Under the pieces are notes generated by a model. That model saw only the letters and a list, made by a program, of their open reading frames with translations. It did not search any database and was not told the origin of the DNA. From a virus: a stretch of DNA of 44,316 nt. The stretch lies in IMG/VR virus record IMGVR_UViG_3300027822_000004. The stretch is one strand, 5' to 3'. Both the position numbers and the translations under genes were made by a program. Numbering within the stretch: the stretch's first letter is position 1; each line of letters starts with the position of its first letter. This document shows, piece after piece, positions 9,841-19,847 of the stretch.

Positions 9841-10691
9841 TAAAAATTTCTCCCCTGAATTTCAGTTTGCCAAAGATTATCATGAGTATCACCCTGATGA
9901 ATAAGCTTATCTATTCGATATGTCCCATCACCACGAATTGGAGGGATTTGTCTAAAAAATAAATTGCCTACATTTATTCTTTCTGATAAAGATTCAATTT
10001 TAATTGTTCTTCCTAATTTTAATTCAGGTAGTAAAAAATGTTTAACATTTATTCCAATTTCAGTTCTTTCAGGACTGCCAATCATTCCGCTACCTTGATT
10101 AATAATTACTGGGGGTTCATCACTTAATGGAAAGCCTGTAGGAGTAGTTTCTATAGTTCCATCATTTATAGAATATTCAAAGCCACAATCTTTTGATATT
10201 TTATCTAACCAATCTTTTATATTTCCTGATAATTGTAATTCTCTTAAAAGAGATTTTTTACCAGATAAACAATTTTTTAATCCTTCAGTTGCCCCTTTTG
10301 TAATACCTTGCATTTGACCTATCAATGTATTATATATAGTCTCAGAAGTGCTTCCCGCTGGCAATGTTTGATTTATTGTTGCGGTGCTTAATATATTAAA
10401 ACCATCTTTTGCAAAGATTTCACTAATCCAATCTGGGCCATTTTTAATATGGATTACATTTGCTATATCACCAAAAAATAATAATGGTAAAGATACATCT
10501 TTATAACCGGCAAATAATTGTATTTTTAATCCTCTTTTTTCAATTACATTTCTATTTGTTTCAGATAAATTATATATTTTAATATTCGCTAAATTTGGAT
10601 AACCAATTAAACTTTTTTCTACTTTAAAATTTACACGTAGTTCTGTGACTTCTAAAGTAGAAACAATTATTTTTACATTTCTAAGGAACAT
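9840..10691 (-). CDS. Baseplate hub-like protein
   Basis: 283 aa. Synteny between the tape measure-proximal genes and the spike. Confidence 0.4.
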   Translation of the reverse strand: MFLRNVKIIVSTLEVTELRVNFKVEKSLIGYPNLANIKIYNLSETNRNVIEKRGLKIQLFAGYKDVSLPLLFFGDIANVIHIKNGPDWISEIFAKDGFNILSTATINQTLPAGSTSETIYNTLIGQMQGITKGATEGLKNCLSGKKSLLRELQLSGNIKDWLDKISKDCGFEYSINDGTIETTPTGFPLSDEPPVIINQGSGMIGSPERTEIGINVKHFLLPELKLGRTIKIESLSERINVGNLFFRQIPPIRGDGTYRIDKLIHQGDTHDNLWQTEIQGRNF

Positions 10692-10969
10692 TATTTAGTT
10701 GTCACATCTAAAGCAAAAGATTCAAGATTATTTCTTGTCGGATCTTCATCATTATCACTTATTAAATCAAATGGAATTTGTGGATATTGCTTTAATAAAT
10801 TTTCTTTTGTAATAAGCTTTACTCCATAAATTAAGACATTTCCATCTGCATCTAATATATCTAAAGTCCAAAAGCCAAACTCATTCCAAAGTTGTTTAAA
10901 ATTATAAATAATATCATTAATAGGAACACTAAATGATTCTTCTGGGTTATTTGTAAGAGGTAGTATCAT
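10691..10969 (-). CDS. Hypothetical tail-module protein
   Basis: 92-aa ORF, translationally coupled on both sides. Confidence 0.4.
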   Translation of the reverse strand: MILPLTNNPEESFSVPINDIIYNFKQLWNEFGFWTLDILDADGNVLIYGVKLITKENLLKQYPQIPFDLISDNDEDPTRNNLESFALDVTTK

Positions 10970-11508
10970 GAAACAACACTTTCTTTTAATTGTTTTAAAC
11001 CGCCTGTTATTGCTTTAATCATTTTATCAGCAATGCTTTCATCATTAAATTGTTCAGCAGTTATTATTTCTGCACCGACAAGAATTAATTCTTTCATTTG
11101 AGCAGTGAAAAATAAACCATTAGCGGTGTCCTTGTCTTGCTGATGAGATAAACTTAATATTATAACATTACGATATTCTTTTAATCCTTGAACCAAAGTA
11201 AATGGAGCTTTATTAATTTGCAATTCAAGCAATGCTTCCCATGCTTCTTTACTCTTTGTAGTATTTTGAGTAAACACGGTTGGTACTCTTGTAAATTGTC
11301 CAATAGAGCTTGAACTAATATTACTAACCACTCCAGCAGTAGTGAATGTCATAGGATCAATTATTATATGATCATTTACATCTGCTCCATTTTCAACCGG
11401 GCTCTGTGTGACCCTTGCAGTAGCAGTTGCACTTTCATTTATAATTATATCCAATTCAACTGTTGATATAAAATTTCCTTTTTTAAAAAATAATTGGGCT
11501 ATGCTCAT
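10966..11508 (-). CDS. Hypothetical tail-module protein downstream of the tape measure
   Basis: 180-aa ORF overlapping the neighbouring genes by 1-4 nt. Confidence 0.4.
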   Translation of the reverse strand: MSIAQLFFKKGNFISTVELDIIINESATATARVTQSPVENGADVNDHIIIDPMTFTTAGVVSNISSSSIGQFTRVPTVFTQNTTKSKEAWEALLELQINKAPFTLVQGLKEYRNVIILSLSHQQDKDTANGLFFTAQMKELILVGAEIITAEQFNDESIADKMIKAITGGLKQLKESVVS

Positions 11509-13034
11509 TAGAATGTCACCTGTGATTCTAAATTACTTTCTGCTCCACTATATTGTTCATTTAAAACATCTGTTACAACCCTTTTTACTTCATCAGGATT
11601 ACCACCATTAATATTAATTTCAATATTTGTTCTACTTGTCTTACTATTTGTTGTTGCACCACCAATTGAAGTTAAAGACCCTCCACGTTCTGCTCTTATT
11701 GCATTTAATCGAGTGGTCGCACTTTCAAATGTTTCTGAAGATCCACCTTTTAAATTAGATAAATCTTCTATACCAAATATTTTTTTTAATAAACCAAAAT
11801 CAGGAATTTTATTTAAAAGGTCAATTACTCTATTTATATTGTCAATGATAAATGTTTGAATTGATTTTCCAATCTCTACTATTGTATCCAGGATGTCAGA
11901 AGTAAATAATCTTCCTTGAGTAAAAATTGCTATCCACCCATCTCTAACCATAGTCATTAAATCAAGAGTTGTTCTTAAAGCTGCATCTAATACAGGAAAT
12001 TTTTCAGCCAATTGTCCTATAGCTGAATCTCCACCTTCAGCAAATTTTATTATATCCTCAAGTAATAAAAGAATCCCAATTGCAGCAGCAGTAATTAATA
12101 TAGGCATAAGTAATGTTGTAGCATTAAGAGTTAACATTAATCCAGTAACCACAATAATCGCATTTTTTAATCCTCCAACAGCATTAATAAGGCTTAAAAA
12201 TATACCGACAACTCTGTTAACAATAGAAAATACTCCTTTAAAAATATCAATAGCTTTTTTGAGAAATAAAGTTAAATTTTGTTTGATGATGTTTTTATTA
12301 ATTTTAAACCATTCGGTAAAAGCTTTCATCATTGGGGTTATTTCTTTCATTAACCTTGTTCCAATTGCACTTGCTACTCCTCCAATTACTCTCATTACTT
12401 TCAACAATTCATCATTAAAATTTGCAGCAGCATCAGCAGCATCTTGATCAATTACAAAACCCAATGCTTTTGCTTCTTCCCTTTGTTTATTTAAAGCCTC
12501 ACTTCCTTGCTGAATGGTTAAAAGTAAATCACCACCAATCCCTAATTTTTGTGCAAACTCAAGGCGTTCTGCTTGTGATCCTAATCGGGCAATTGAATCA
12601 GAAACATCATTTAAAAGAACATCGGCATCTTTTATTTGTCCATTTGCTCCAATTACCGATACCCCTAATATACCAAATGTTTCAACATTTGCCCCCATTC
12701 CCCGTGCAGATTCAGAAGCAGTCCTTGATAAATTTTCTAAAGAACTATTCATTGAATCAATTGATCCACCATTAAGTTCAGCAGCAAAACCCAATTCTTG
12801 TAAAGCTTGAACATCAATTCCAGTTCTTTTTGCAAACTTACCAAGTTCGTCATTTGATTCAGCAATTTTTTTAGTAAAAAGAAAAATCCCGGCAGCAGCA
12901 GCACTGGCAGCAGCAACCATAGCAGTTAACCCTTTTACTGCATTACCAATAAATTCATCAAACTTTTCAAGTTTTTCTTCATCAATTTCAAATGATAATT
13001 GAGTTATCAAATTCTCTATTACTGTATCAGCCAT
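11508..13034 (-). CDS. Tail tape measure protein
   Basis: 508 aa. Ala/Gly-rich with hydrophobic stretches (AAASAAAAGIFLF, LLMPILITAAAIGILLLL). Located after the chaperone pair. Confidence 0.7.
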   Translation of the reverse strand: MADTVIENLITQLSFEIDEEKLEKFDEFIGNAVKGLTAMVAAASAAAAGIFLFTKKIAESNDELGKFAKRTGIDVQALQELGFAAELNGGSIDSMNSSLENLSRTASESARGMGANVETFGILGVSVIGANGQIKDADVLLNDVSDSIARLGSQAERLEFAQKLGIGGDLLLTIQQGSEALNKQREEAKALGFVIDQDAADAAANFNDELLKVMRVIGGVASAIGTRLMKEITPMMKAFTEWFKINKNIIKQNLTLFLKKAIDIFKGVFSIVNRVVGIFLSLINAVGGLKNAIIVVTGLMLTLNATTLLMPILITAAAIGILLLLEDIIKFAEGGDSAIGQLAEKFPVLDAALRTTLDLMTMVRDGWIAIFTQGRLFTSDILDTIVEIGKSIQTFIIDNINRVIDLLNKIPDFGLLKKIFGIEDLSNLKGGSSETFESATTRLNAIRAERGGSLTSIGGATTNSKTSRTNIEININGGNPDEVKRVVTDVLNEQYSGAESNLESQVTF

Positions 13035-13043
13035 TATAAAATC

Positions 13044-13214
13044 CTATTTAGGTTGATTCTGTAAATAAATTTGTTCTTCTTTTAAGTCAAGTACTTCACT
13101 CAAATAACAGGCATCGGAATAACTATATATTGTTTTAAGTTCATTATATGTAGCCATTTTTCCATTTATTAAACGAGCAATAAAAGGATCAACATTTAAT
13201 TTTCTTTCTTTTTG
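13044..13214 (-). CDS. Putative -1 frameshift extension of the tail assembly chaperone (gpT-like part)
   Basis: The -1 frame is open from the C AAA AAG site (13208-13214) to a TAG at 13044-13046. It fills an otherwise unannotated 160-nt gap just before the tape measure gene. Confidence 0.35.
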   Translation of the reverse strand, partial: QKERKLNVDPFIARLINGKMATYNELKTIYSYSDACYLSEVLDLKEEQIYLQNQPK

Positions 13215-13612
13215 CTTTCCTTTTCTGTGATGGGCAAACTTGACTTGAACAACTCCCCCAGATTAAAATTTACCTCCAAAATAAATTTAACTACTTTCCA
13301 CATTTCAGTAATTTTACCAATAAAATGATTTTCAAAATCAACAGGAATTACTGCTTCTGCTTTTTTTATAAAAACGCCATTTTCAAAAAGTGATAAAACC
13401 AATTCATTTGCTACTTTATCATCAAAATTATCCATTAGGGCTGGAATTAATGCAGCGAGTTTTTCCTTCATTGGTTTCTTTTCTTCTAATAAAGCAACTG
13501 CTCCATTTCCTAACAATCTAATTATTTTAGTTTGAACTTCTAAAAAAGCTACTGCATTCATTTGTGTTACTAAATATTTTGTCTTTCCAATTACTCTTTT
13601 CTTCTGTTCCAT
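13196..13612 (-). CDS. Tail assembly chaperone (gpG-like)
   Basis: 138-aa ORF between the tube and tape measure genes, with a possible slippery site at its 3' end. Confidence 0.55.
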   Translation of the reverse strand: MEQKKRVIGKTKYLVTQMNAVAFLEVQTKIIRLLGNGAVALLEEKKPMKEKLAALIPALMDNFDDKVANELVLSLFENGVFIKKAEAVIPVDFENHFIGKITEMWKVVKFILEVNFNLGELFKSSLPITEKESKKKEN

Positions 13613-13643
13613 TAGTTTTAATCTCCTCCAAGATTTTAATTAT

Positions 13644-14066
13644 TTATACTATTGCCGGAGTCATAAAATCACCACGAAAAACCCAATCCATAGAATTTAC
13701 ATTTTGACCTCTATCAACTGTAGGATACTTACTAACCCAACAATTATTCACAACATATGTTTCACCAGTTTCTTTATCCTGGATAGTCATTGGAGCAACT
13801 CCGACACCTGTTTCACGATCAACATTATACTGTGTAGTTAAAATTTTATTACTTCCTGAATTTTGAAGTAATTTAACTGTAACTGTACATCTATTATCAT
13901 TTGATTGTGATCGGACAACATCACCTTTAGCACCCGCTAAATCATTGAATTGATTACTATCCATTTCAATTTTAACTACATCGTCACCATCTGCGAAACC
14001 TTTTAATTCATTAATCCCAAATACTACATTTACATTTGAGAATGAATAATTTTGAAATTCTGGCAT
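13644..14066 (-). CDS. Tail tube protein
   Basis: 140 aa, immediately downstream of the sheath gene. Confidence 0.6.
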   Translation of the reverse strand: MPEFQNYSFSNVNVVFGINELKGFADGDDVVKIEMDSNQFNDLAGAKGDVVRSQSNDNRCTVTVKLLQNSGSNKILTTQYNVDRETGVGVAPMTIQDKETGETYVVNNCWVSKYPTVDRGQNVNSMDWVFRGDFMTPAIV

Positions 14067-14094
14067 TTTATTTTTCTCCTTTCATTAATTTTCA

Positions 14095-15576
14095 TTATAC
14101 AAAAACTGTTCCACGGACAACTACTTTATTTATACCACCTTGGAGTTGAGCAGTAAATGTACCATCAGGTAAAAGCCTATCATCTCTATCAGACTGTGAT
14201 ACTTCCGATCTTTTTGGAAAAGTAGTTACAACAGTTCCTTCAACAAGAATCCCTTGTTTTACTCCATATGTATCAAGCATACTTTTCAGTCGATTATCTA
14301 CCATAGTAATACCCGCATTAGTAAAAGGGATTATATCAACTTCAAGAAGTAATGACAACAAACCTTCTTCCGTCCTGGCTTGCATGAAATCAATATCTCT
14401 TATGATATCAATAAACTCACCTTCTTTATCAGCATTTTTACCACCACCCATTGTGCCAAAATATGTAAAATCAGCAGCTAAGGTTTCAGTATATATATTT
14501 GCATTAACATCAAGTGCTGCATCTCTTTGACTTTCAGATAACACAACTGCTGGAATATTAACTTCAGCACCTTCGGCAATTCCAGCTAATTCTTTATAAG
14601 CCCAATTAATACTACCTATATCTTGTGGTAATACATAGCCCATCCAGGAAGTATCAGGATAAAGAGTGGCATTATCATGATAAATGACTGAAGATCTTTT
14701 ATAATTAAGATTTTTAAGATAATAGGCAAATGTAGAAGTCGAACCAAGTACAACAGTATTAGCATCATTTGTTGCAATCAAGAACATTTTTCTTCTACTT
14801 TCAATTTCATCAGCCATATCTTCTGCTGCTGATGTGTCTCGATATTTTTTTAATGCCCCCATTGCATACCAATCACTATTTACATTTTCAATAGCTGTAA
14901 TAGCAGTAGCAACAGTTTCAGCGACTTGACCTTGAGAAAGAACAGAACCACCCAAATTTGTTGGCCCAACAATAACATCACCATCAAGATATGCTGCCCC
15001 GCTAATATCTGTACCTGCTGGAGCCGCAACAGTATCAAGTAAAGTGATTGTAGATGCTGCTCCAGTTGTTCCACTATTGATATTAAATCGATTTACAAGA
15101 TAATAACAATCACCATTTGCTCCAAGTGCAGTATCAATAACAGCTGCAACATCATCAAGACTTGTAACAGAAGTAAAATCAAGTGCTGTTAAATTTACAA
15201 CTCCTGCATCAATAGTAACTGTAAATTCACCATCTGAAATTAATTTCCAAACTTCAAAATCAGTTTCTGGTGAATCACCACATTCAATTAAAGCAGCAGT
15301 AGCCGCATCAGCGAGCCTGCCAAACTGAATTTCATCCGGTTGATTTTCAAGAAAAGGATCTTGAAAGAAAAAAGCATCAGCAGATAAAGATTCTTCTGAC
15401 CCATCTCCAAAAAAAGCATCAACAGCAGCGGCAGTAGTAAATCTTCTATTTCTTCTTGTAGTAGATAATAAAGCAGAATCGGTTATCATCATTAAAATAT
15501 TAAAACCAGCCGCAGATACCCTGGGGGTGTCTTTTCTGATTTCAACGTCAACAAATCGGGTAATTGGTCGTGTCAT
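14095..15576 (-). CDS. Contractile tail sheath protein
   Basis: 493 aa. Position before tube, chaperone and tape measure. Composition typical of sheath proteins. Confidence 0.65.
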   Translation of the reverse strand: MTRPITRFVDVEIRKDTPRVSAAGFNILMMITDSALLSTTRRNRRFTTAAAVDAFFGDGSEESLSADAFFFQDPFLENQPDEIQFGRLADAATAALIECGDSPETDFEVWKLISDGEFTVTIDAGVVNLTALDFTSVTSLDDVAAVIDTALGANGDCYYLVNRFNINSGTTGAASTITLLDTVAAPAGTDISGAAYLDGDVIVGPTNLGGSVLSQGQVAETVATAITAIENVNSDWYAMGALKKYRDTSAAEDMADEIESRRKMFLIATNDANTVVLGSTSTFAYYLKNLNYKRSSVIYHDNATLYPDTSWMGYVLPQDIGSINWAYKELAGIAEGAEVNIPAVVLSESQRDAALDVNANIYTETLAADFTYFGTMGGGKNADKEGEFIDIIRDIDFMQARTEEGLLSLLLEVDIIPFTNAGITMVDNRLKSMLDTYGVKQGILVEGTVVTTFPKRSEVSQSDRDDRLLPDGTFTAQLQGGINKVVVRGTVFV

Positions 15577-15587
15577 TTTTTTACTCC

Positions 15588-16103
15588 TTATGGTTTTTCA
15601 ATTATAACTGTATCACCATCATCATTAATATTATTTGTAATTTCTACCTTTCTAATGGTTTCAATTGTTTCTTCATCCAATGATCTTGTAAAGAAGAAAC
15701 AATCAAATTGCGCTCTTTGTTCCCATTGCTTATCAATCTCTTCTGGAATATCATTAATAGTACCGACCCTTGAATATCCTAAGCCAGCAACATATAATTT
15801 TTCATTTTCGGTTACTCTTGCCAAACTATCTTTTAATTTTGTAGCTGTTTGGAAAGCAGTTCCACGATAAACATTTATACTAATAAATAACTCTTCAACA
15901 GTAGAATAATCAACATCAACTAATGTATCATTTAATGTTAATTCTTGATCAGCCCATCCATTAGGTGTTGATTGTAAAATATTAATTAAAACATATTCAC
16001 CTGATGGTCGTGGTGCATCTTGATGAGCAAAAATAGTAGTTAAACTTGTAACTCCATTAACCCAAGCATAAAGAGCATCTTCTATTGTTATTATATTTAA
16101 CAT
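15588..16103 (-). CDS. Neck/tail completion protein
   Basis: 171 aa. Synteny between the head-tail joining genes and the sheath. Confidence 0.4.
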   Translation of the reverse strand: MLNIITIEDALYAWVNGVTSLTTIFAHQDAPRPSGEYVLINILQSTPNGWADQELTLNDTLVDVDYSTVEELFISINVYRGTAFQTATKLKDSLARVTENEKLYVAGLGYSRVGTINDIPEEIDKQWEQRAQFDCFFFTRSLDEETIETIRKVEITNNINDDGDTVIIEKP

Positions 16104-16456
16104 TATTGCCTTATTGCAATTGCTTTATGATAACCGCCTATGTTTCTGTGCGCCACGTTATGTACAAGCCATGATTCACTATCATAAAAAATTAAATCAC
16201 CATTTGTGGTTCCTTTTATTTGCGGTATCAATTTAAAAGTAGTATGTATTTTTATTGCTTCTTCAGTTCTCATACCTTCTTCAAGAACTTTTAAATCATC
16301 TGGAGTGGCATTTTGAACAACTCCATTAAATGATAAAGGTGTAGTAGCTCCATCAACCCATCGGCCATTAACATATGATCCAGGGTTTCTTGTTCCTGTT
16401 AAAGCTTGTAACCACCCATCAAAGGCTGTTGTTACATCGTTAAAGTTTTCTGTCAT
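16103..16456 (-). CDS. Head-tail joining protein
   Basis: 117 aa. Synteny only. Confidence 0.4.
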   Translation of the reverse strand: MTENFNDVTTAFDGWLQALTGTRNPGSYVNGRWVDGATTPLSFNGVVQNATPDDLKVLEEGMRTEEAIKIHTTFKLIPQIKGTTNGDLIFYDSESWLVHNVAHRNIGGYHKAIAIRQ

Positions 16457-16469
16457 TTATATTTATTCC

Positions 16470-16919
16470 TTAACGGTTCACTTCATAAGTAATACTATTT
16501 TTCATCTGGCCTGTATCAACCAAGGGATTACTGGAACCCTTTCTCTTAATGGTTTGTGACTTATTTGGAGGATCACTTATTGATACAATTTTTTGACTCA
16601 TTAAGTCAGAAGTAAATTCTCCAATTAACCCTAAAGCTTTATTTTGACTTATCGCACCTAATACAATTTGTTTTAATAATTTTTTTTGTAATGCAATAAT
16701 ATCTTTTTTCTTTTCTTGAATTGTACTTCTCATGAATGATCGTTCAGGGATTTTTTCTGTTCCAAATTCATGAATAAACCCAATACTTGCAACAGTCAAA
16801 TCACCATCAATATGACTCCCCGCATCAATTATTCCTACAGAAACAATACCGGGAACTTTAATTCTTTTCTTTAATGCAGGAATACCACCTTTCTTTTTTA
16901 TACGTTTTACTTTACTCAT
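16470..16919 (-). CDS. HK97 gp10-like head-tail adaptor
   Basis: The IHEFGTEKIPERSFMRS motif is characteristic of the HK97 gp10 family. Confidence 0.55.
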   Translation of the reverse strand: MSKVKRIKKKGGIPALKKRIKVPGIVSVGIIDAGSHIDGDLTVASIGFIHEFGTEKIPERSFMRSTIQEKKKDIIALQKKLLKQIVLGAISQNKALGLIGEFTSDLMSQKIVSISDPPNKSQTIKRKGSSNPLVDTGQMKNSITYEVNR

Positions 16920-17281
16920 ATTGAATACGCTGGTATGTCTAAATTTTTTCTTAAAGATAAATATCTTCTGCCATAGGCTGTTTGTGAATAATAAGCATCA
17001 CTTTCATTATCAGGTTGAGCAGTAGTAAAACTGACGCTTGTTCCATCAACTGCTCTACTCGCTACTGCCCCACCATCACCTGTAACATTTCCCGCTTCAG
17101 TTTGGCTGGCTAATGCAAGATAATGTGCTGTTAGGTAATACAATCCAAGATCATATTTATTATCCCAATATACCTCATTGAGAACCTCTACTGCATCCCC
17201 AATAAACAAATCAATTCTTGCATTAGCTACAGCGGAAAATTCAGGAAAACGGACTTTAAATGTAGTCGCATCAATCGACAT
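16916..17281 (-). CDS. Head-tail connector protein (gp6-like / DUF4054-like)
   Basis: N-terminal FKVRFPEF pattern, followed by LYYLTAHYLAL. Confidence 0.5.
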   Translation of the reverse strand: MSIDATTFKVRFPEFSAVANARIDLFIGDAVEVLNEVYWDNKYDLGLYYLTAHYLALASQTEAGNVTGDGGAVASRAVDGTSVSFTTAQPDNESDAYYSQTAYGRRYLSLRKNLDIPAYSI

Positions 17282-17283
17282 TT

Positions 17284-17721
17284 TTATTTGTCCTTTTTAT
17301 CTTTTGTGTCTTTTGAATCTTTTTTATCCTTTGGTTCCAAAGTCTTGATTGCCTTTTTCATTTCCTTAATTTCTGTTTCTAAATCGGCAATTTTTTTATC
17401 TTTTTTACTATCGTTTTTTGTATGTTCTTTGATAGCTTTATTTTGTTTAGCAATAAGTTTTTGAGCTTTGTTTAACTTGTCGTTTTTTTCTTTTGCAGCA
17501 TCAGCTTTTGCTTTATCTTCAGAAGATAATTCACCACCATCCACAACTGAAAGATACATTTTCTGCTGCCCTTTTGCAGCTGGATTACCATCAAAATATC
17601 GTTCAAGATCTTTTTTTTCAACAGTATTGTAACCCGGCATTAATCGTAATGTTGGCATCGCTATTGCTTTCAATGCAATTACTGAAAGCGCTTCATTCTT
17701 GATAATGATTGTCTCTGACAT
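17284..17721 (-). CDS. Lys-rich coiled-coil protein
   Basis: 145 aa. The C-terminal half is highly basic and repetitive (KDKKDSKDTKDKKDK). Confidence 0.4.
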   Translation of the reverse strand: MSETIIIKNEALSVIALKAIAMPTLRLMPGYNTVEKKDLERYFDGNPAAKGQQKMYLSVVDGGELSSEDKAKADAAKEKNDKLNKAQKLIAKQNKAIKEHTKNDSKKDKKIADLETEIKEMKKAIKTLEPKDKKDSKDTKDKKDK

Positions 17722-17779
17722 TTTTTTCTCCTTTAATAAAGGTTAACTTCATTTAATCCATAACCTTTGTTTTAATAAA

Positions 17780-18706
17780 TTATATTCCATCACCATACCG
17801 GGCTGAACCGGGATAACGAAACTCAACTCCGGCAAGCTTGTATTCACCTGGAACCTGAAACCCTCTTCCTTTTCTTTGAGGTTCAGTAAACTTAAGCGGC
17901 ATTGGAATATGATAAACAACTTTATCCATATCTTTAGTATATGCCATCATCCGATCAGTTGAACCGGCACCAGCACCAGCAAGTTCAGACATAGGAATAA
18001 TATCAGCATCAGAAGTAATATATGGACTGTTTGCAATTAACCATGCTAACAGAGTTGTATCACTATTATCACTTCTTGGTGTCCCTGCAAGATAATTCCA
18101 TTGAGCAGTCGGAAGAGCAAGCGTATCCGGTTTTTCAACCTGAAGAGTATCAACAAAAATATCACCCATCAAATCATTTATATCAAACAAAATCTGATTA
18201 GGTGTTTTGTTGACCCATTCAGTACCGGAACCTGGATTTACAACAGTAGCAGCCGTTACATTCGCATTATTGATAAATCCCGGCATATTATGAGTAGTAT
18301 CACCTGTCATACCTACACGCTGTGCATGTTCTTCATATGCCCTTCGTGCTGCATTTGCTTTAAGCTGTGGTAATGGTCGGCCTAAATGAATTGCTTGTCT
18401 AAGCTCTTCATCGGAATACTCATAACCAGTTGCACCAAGTTCAACAGGGATAGTGACCTTTTCAGTTCCGATTTCTGCAATAGGAACATTCAAAGATTTT
18501 GTCCCCACAAATTCGGCAACAGCAAAACCATCCATATAAATATATGTAACAGATTCTGCCCATTCTCCAGCTTCATTTGATACTGGAATAATTAAGTTAT
18601 AAGTAATCGCTTTGTATTTCTTTTCAAAAAGTTTACTTTCAATGTATGTCAGCTTTGACAGTAAGAAAGCAAACCCTGTAGCCGCATCATAAAATATTTT
18701 CTTCAT
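17780..18706 (-). CDS. Major capsid protein
   Basis: 308 aa. Position after the protease/scaffold and decoration-like genes. AAGGAG RBS. An inverted repeat follows the stop (17738-17768). Confidence 0.65.
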   Translation of the reverse strand: MKKIFYDAATGFAFLLSKLTYIESKLFEKKYKAITYNLIIPVSNEAGEWAESVTYIYMDGFAVAEFVGTKSLNVPIAEIGTEKVTIPVELGATGYEYSDEELRQAIHLGRPLPQLKANAARRAYEEHAQRVGMTGDTTHNMPGFINNANVTAATVVNPGSGTEWVNKTPNQILFDINDLMGDIFVDTLQVEKPDTLALPTAQWNYLAGTPRSDNSDTTLLAWLIANSPYITSDADIIPMSELAGAGAGSTDRMMAYTKDMDKVVYHIPMPLKFTEPQRKGRGFQVPGEYKLAGVEFRYPGSARYGDGI

Positions 18707-18733
18707 TGTTCTATTTCTCCTTTCGTTTATTTA

Positions 18734-19810
18734 TTACGCTACGGTAGCAGTCGGTGTGCCAATAGTCTGCCAGCTAACACCGTCAAACATCAATCGAGCA
18801 GAATCACCAATATCATCAAAAGTGATCGTTGTACCAGCTCCAAGAGTTGCAGGAGTAATAACAGAATCACCACCATCAGCCTTCATAGCAATATCCATTA
18901 TCTGTCCAATCACGCCATCTGCAAGTGTAAGAGCTTGCACACCTGAAGTTGAATCAATAATAATTTTGTCACTTGTCAAAGGAATTGCCCCGGTAGCAAG
19001 GATAATGATCGGTCCTGCATCAATTCCAAGTTCATCTTCAAGATACCATGAAGATCCGGTAAACCTCAGTTTGCAGGTATCAAAGGCATCATTGAAAACA
19101 ATTGCTGTACCGTTTGCGTAGTTAGCGGGGGTTACAGTTACATCGCCACCATCTACAAGCATGGTCATGTATTTAATTTGACCTTCAACACCATCTGCAA
19201 GGGTCATTGCCATTGCACCGGCAGTAGAGTCAAAAAAGGTAACTTCTGTTGTAATTGCAACAGCACCAGCACTTGTCAATGTCTCTGAACTATTAGGAGC
19301 TAAAAGAATACCAGTTCCTGGAGCATTCAATTTAATTTTTGCAATACCACCTGCGGCAGTAGTTGTTTCAAAAGTTGCTCCTTGAATAAGTTCTGCATCA
19401 GCACCGCTTGCATCTTTTCTGAACCGACCTAAAACGTCAAGTGGGGCAGTATCAGCGGTGTGCCTGAAATAAACAGGGTCACCAGGAACAACACTTTGTT
19501 CTGTATAAACCCAAATTTCACCAAAATCAAGGATGTTCATTTCTCTATACTGTGCATAAAGATGTAAATCAGAAGAATTTTCTGACCATGCAGAAGTAAA
19601 TTCAGTAACACCCAAGAACCCTTGACTTGCAGCAGTAGGAAGTTTACCTTGATTATCAGCCGTACCTCTTACAATTGCACGACCAAAAGGAATATCTCCA
19701 CCTTCTGCCACTTTAGATGTAATGTTTGCCAATCCAAGATTTGCTTTCTGACCTTCAGTAGCAGGATCATGATCAGCGTTATAATCTGTACTTCCTTGTA
19801 CTGGACTCAT
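18734..19810 (-). CDS. Capsid-associated (decoration-like) protein with two internal repeat domains
   Basis: 358 aa. Two ~55-aa repeats (TLADGVEGQIKYMTMLVDGGDVTVTPA... and TLADGVIGQIMDIAMKADGGDSVITPA...). Confidence 0.45.
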   Translation of the reverse strand: MSPVQGSTDYNADHDPATEGQKANLGLANITSKVAEGGDIPFGRAIVRGTADNQGKLPTAASQGFLGVTEFTSAWSENSSDLHLYAQYREMNILDFGEIWVYTEQSVVPGDPVYFRHTADTAPLDVLGRFRKDASGADAELIQGATFETTTAAGGIAKIKLNAPGTGILLAPNSSETLTSAGAVAITTEVTFFDSTAGAMAMTLADGVEGQIKYMTMLVDGGDVTVTPANYANGTAIVFNDAFDTCKLRFTGSSWYLEDELGIDAGPIIILATGAIPLTSDKIIIDSTSGVQALTLADGVIGQIMDIAMKADGGDSVITPATLGAGTTITFDDIGDSARLMFDGVSWQTIGTPTATVA

Positions 19811-19847
19811 AATATGATCTCCTTTAAATTATTTTTATTAAACCAAT

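Noticed and set aside
17738-17768. 8-bp inverted repeat aaaggtta/taaccttt after the major capsid gene, considered as an intrinsic terminator.
   Set aside because: It has an AT-rich stem, a 15-nt loop and no clear U-tract on the minus-strand transcript. At best it is a weak attenuator, so it is not called.
18734-19810. Internal repeats considered as template/variable repeats of a diversity-generating retroelement.
   Set aside because: No reverse transcriptase gene exists in the genome. The two repeats are in-frame protein domains that diverge at all base types, not adenine-specific TR/VR pairs.
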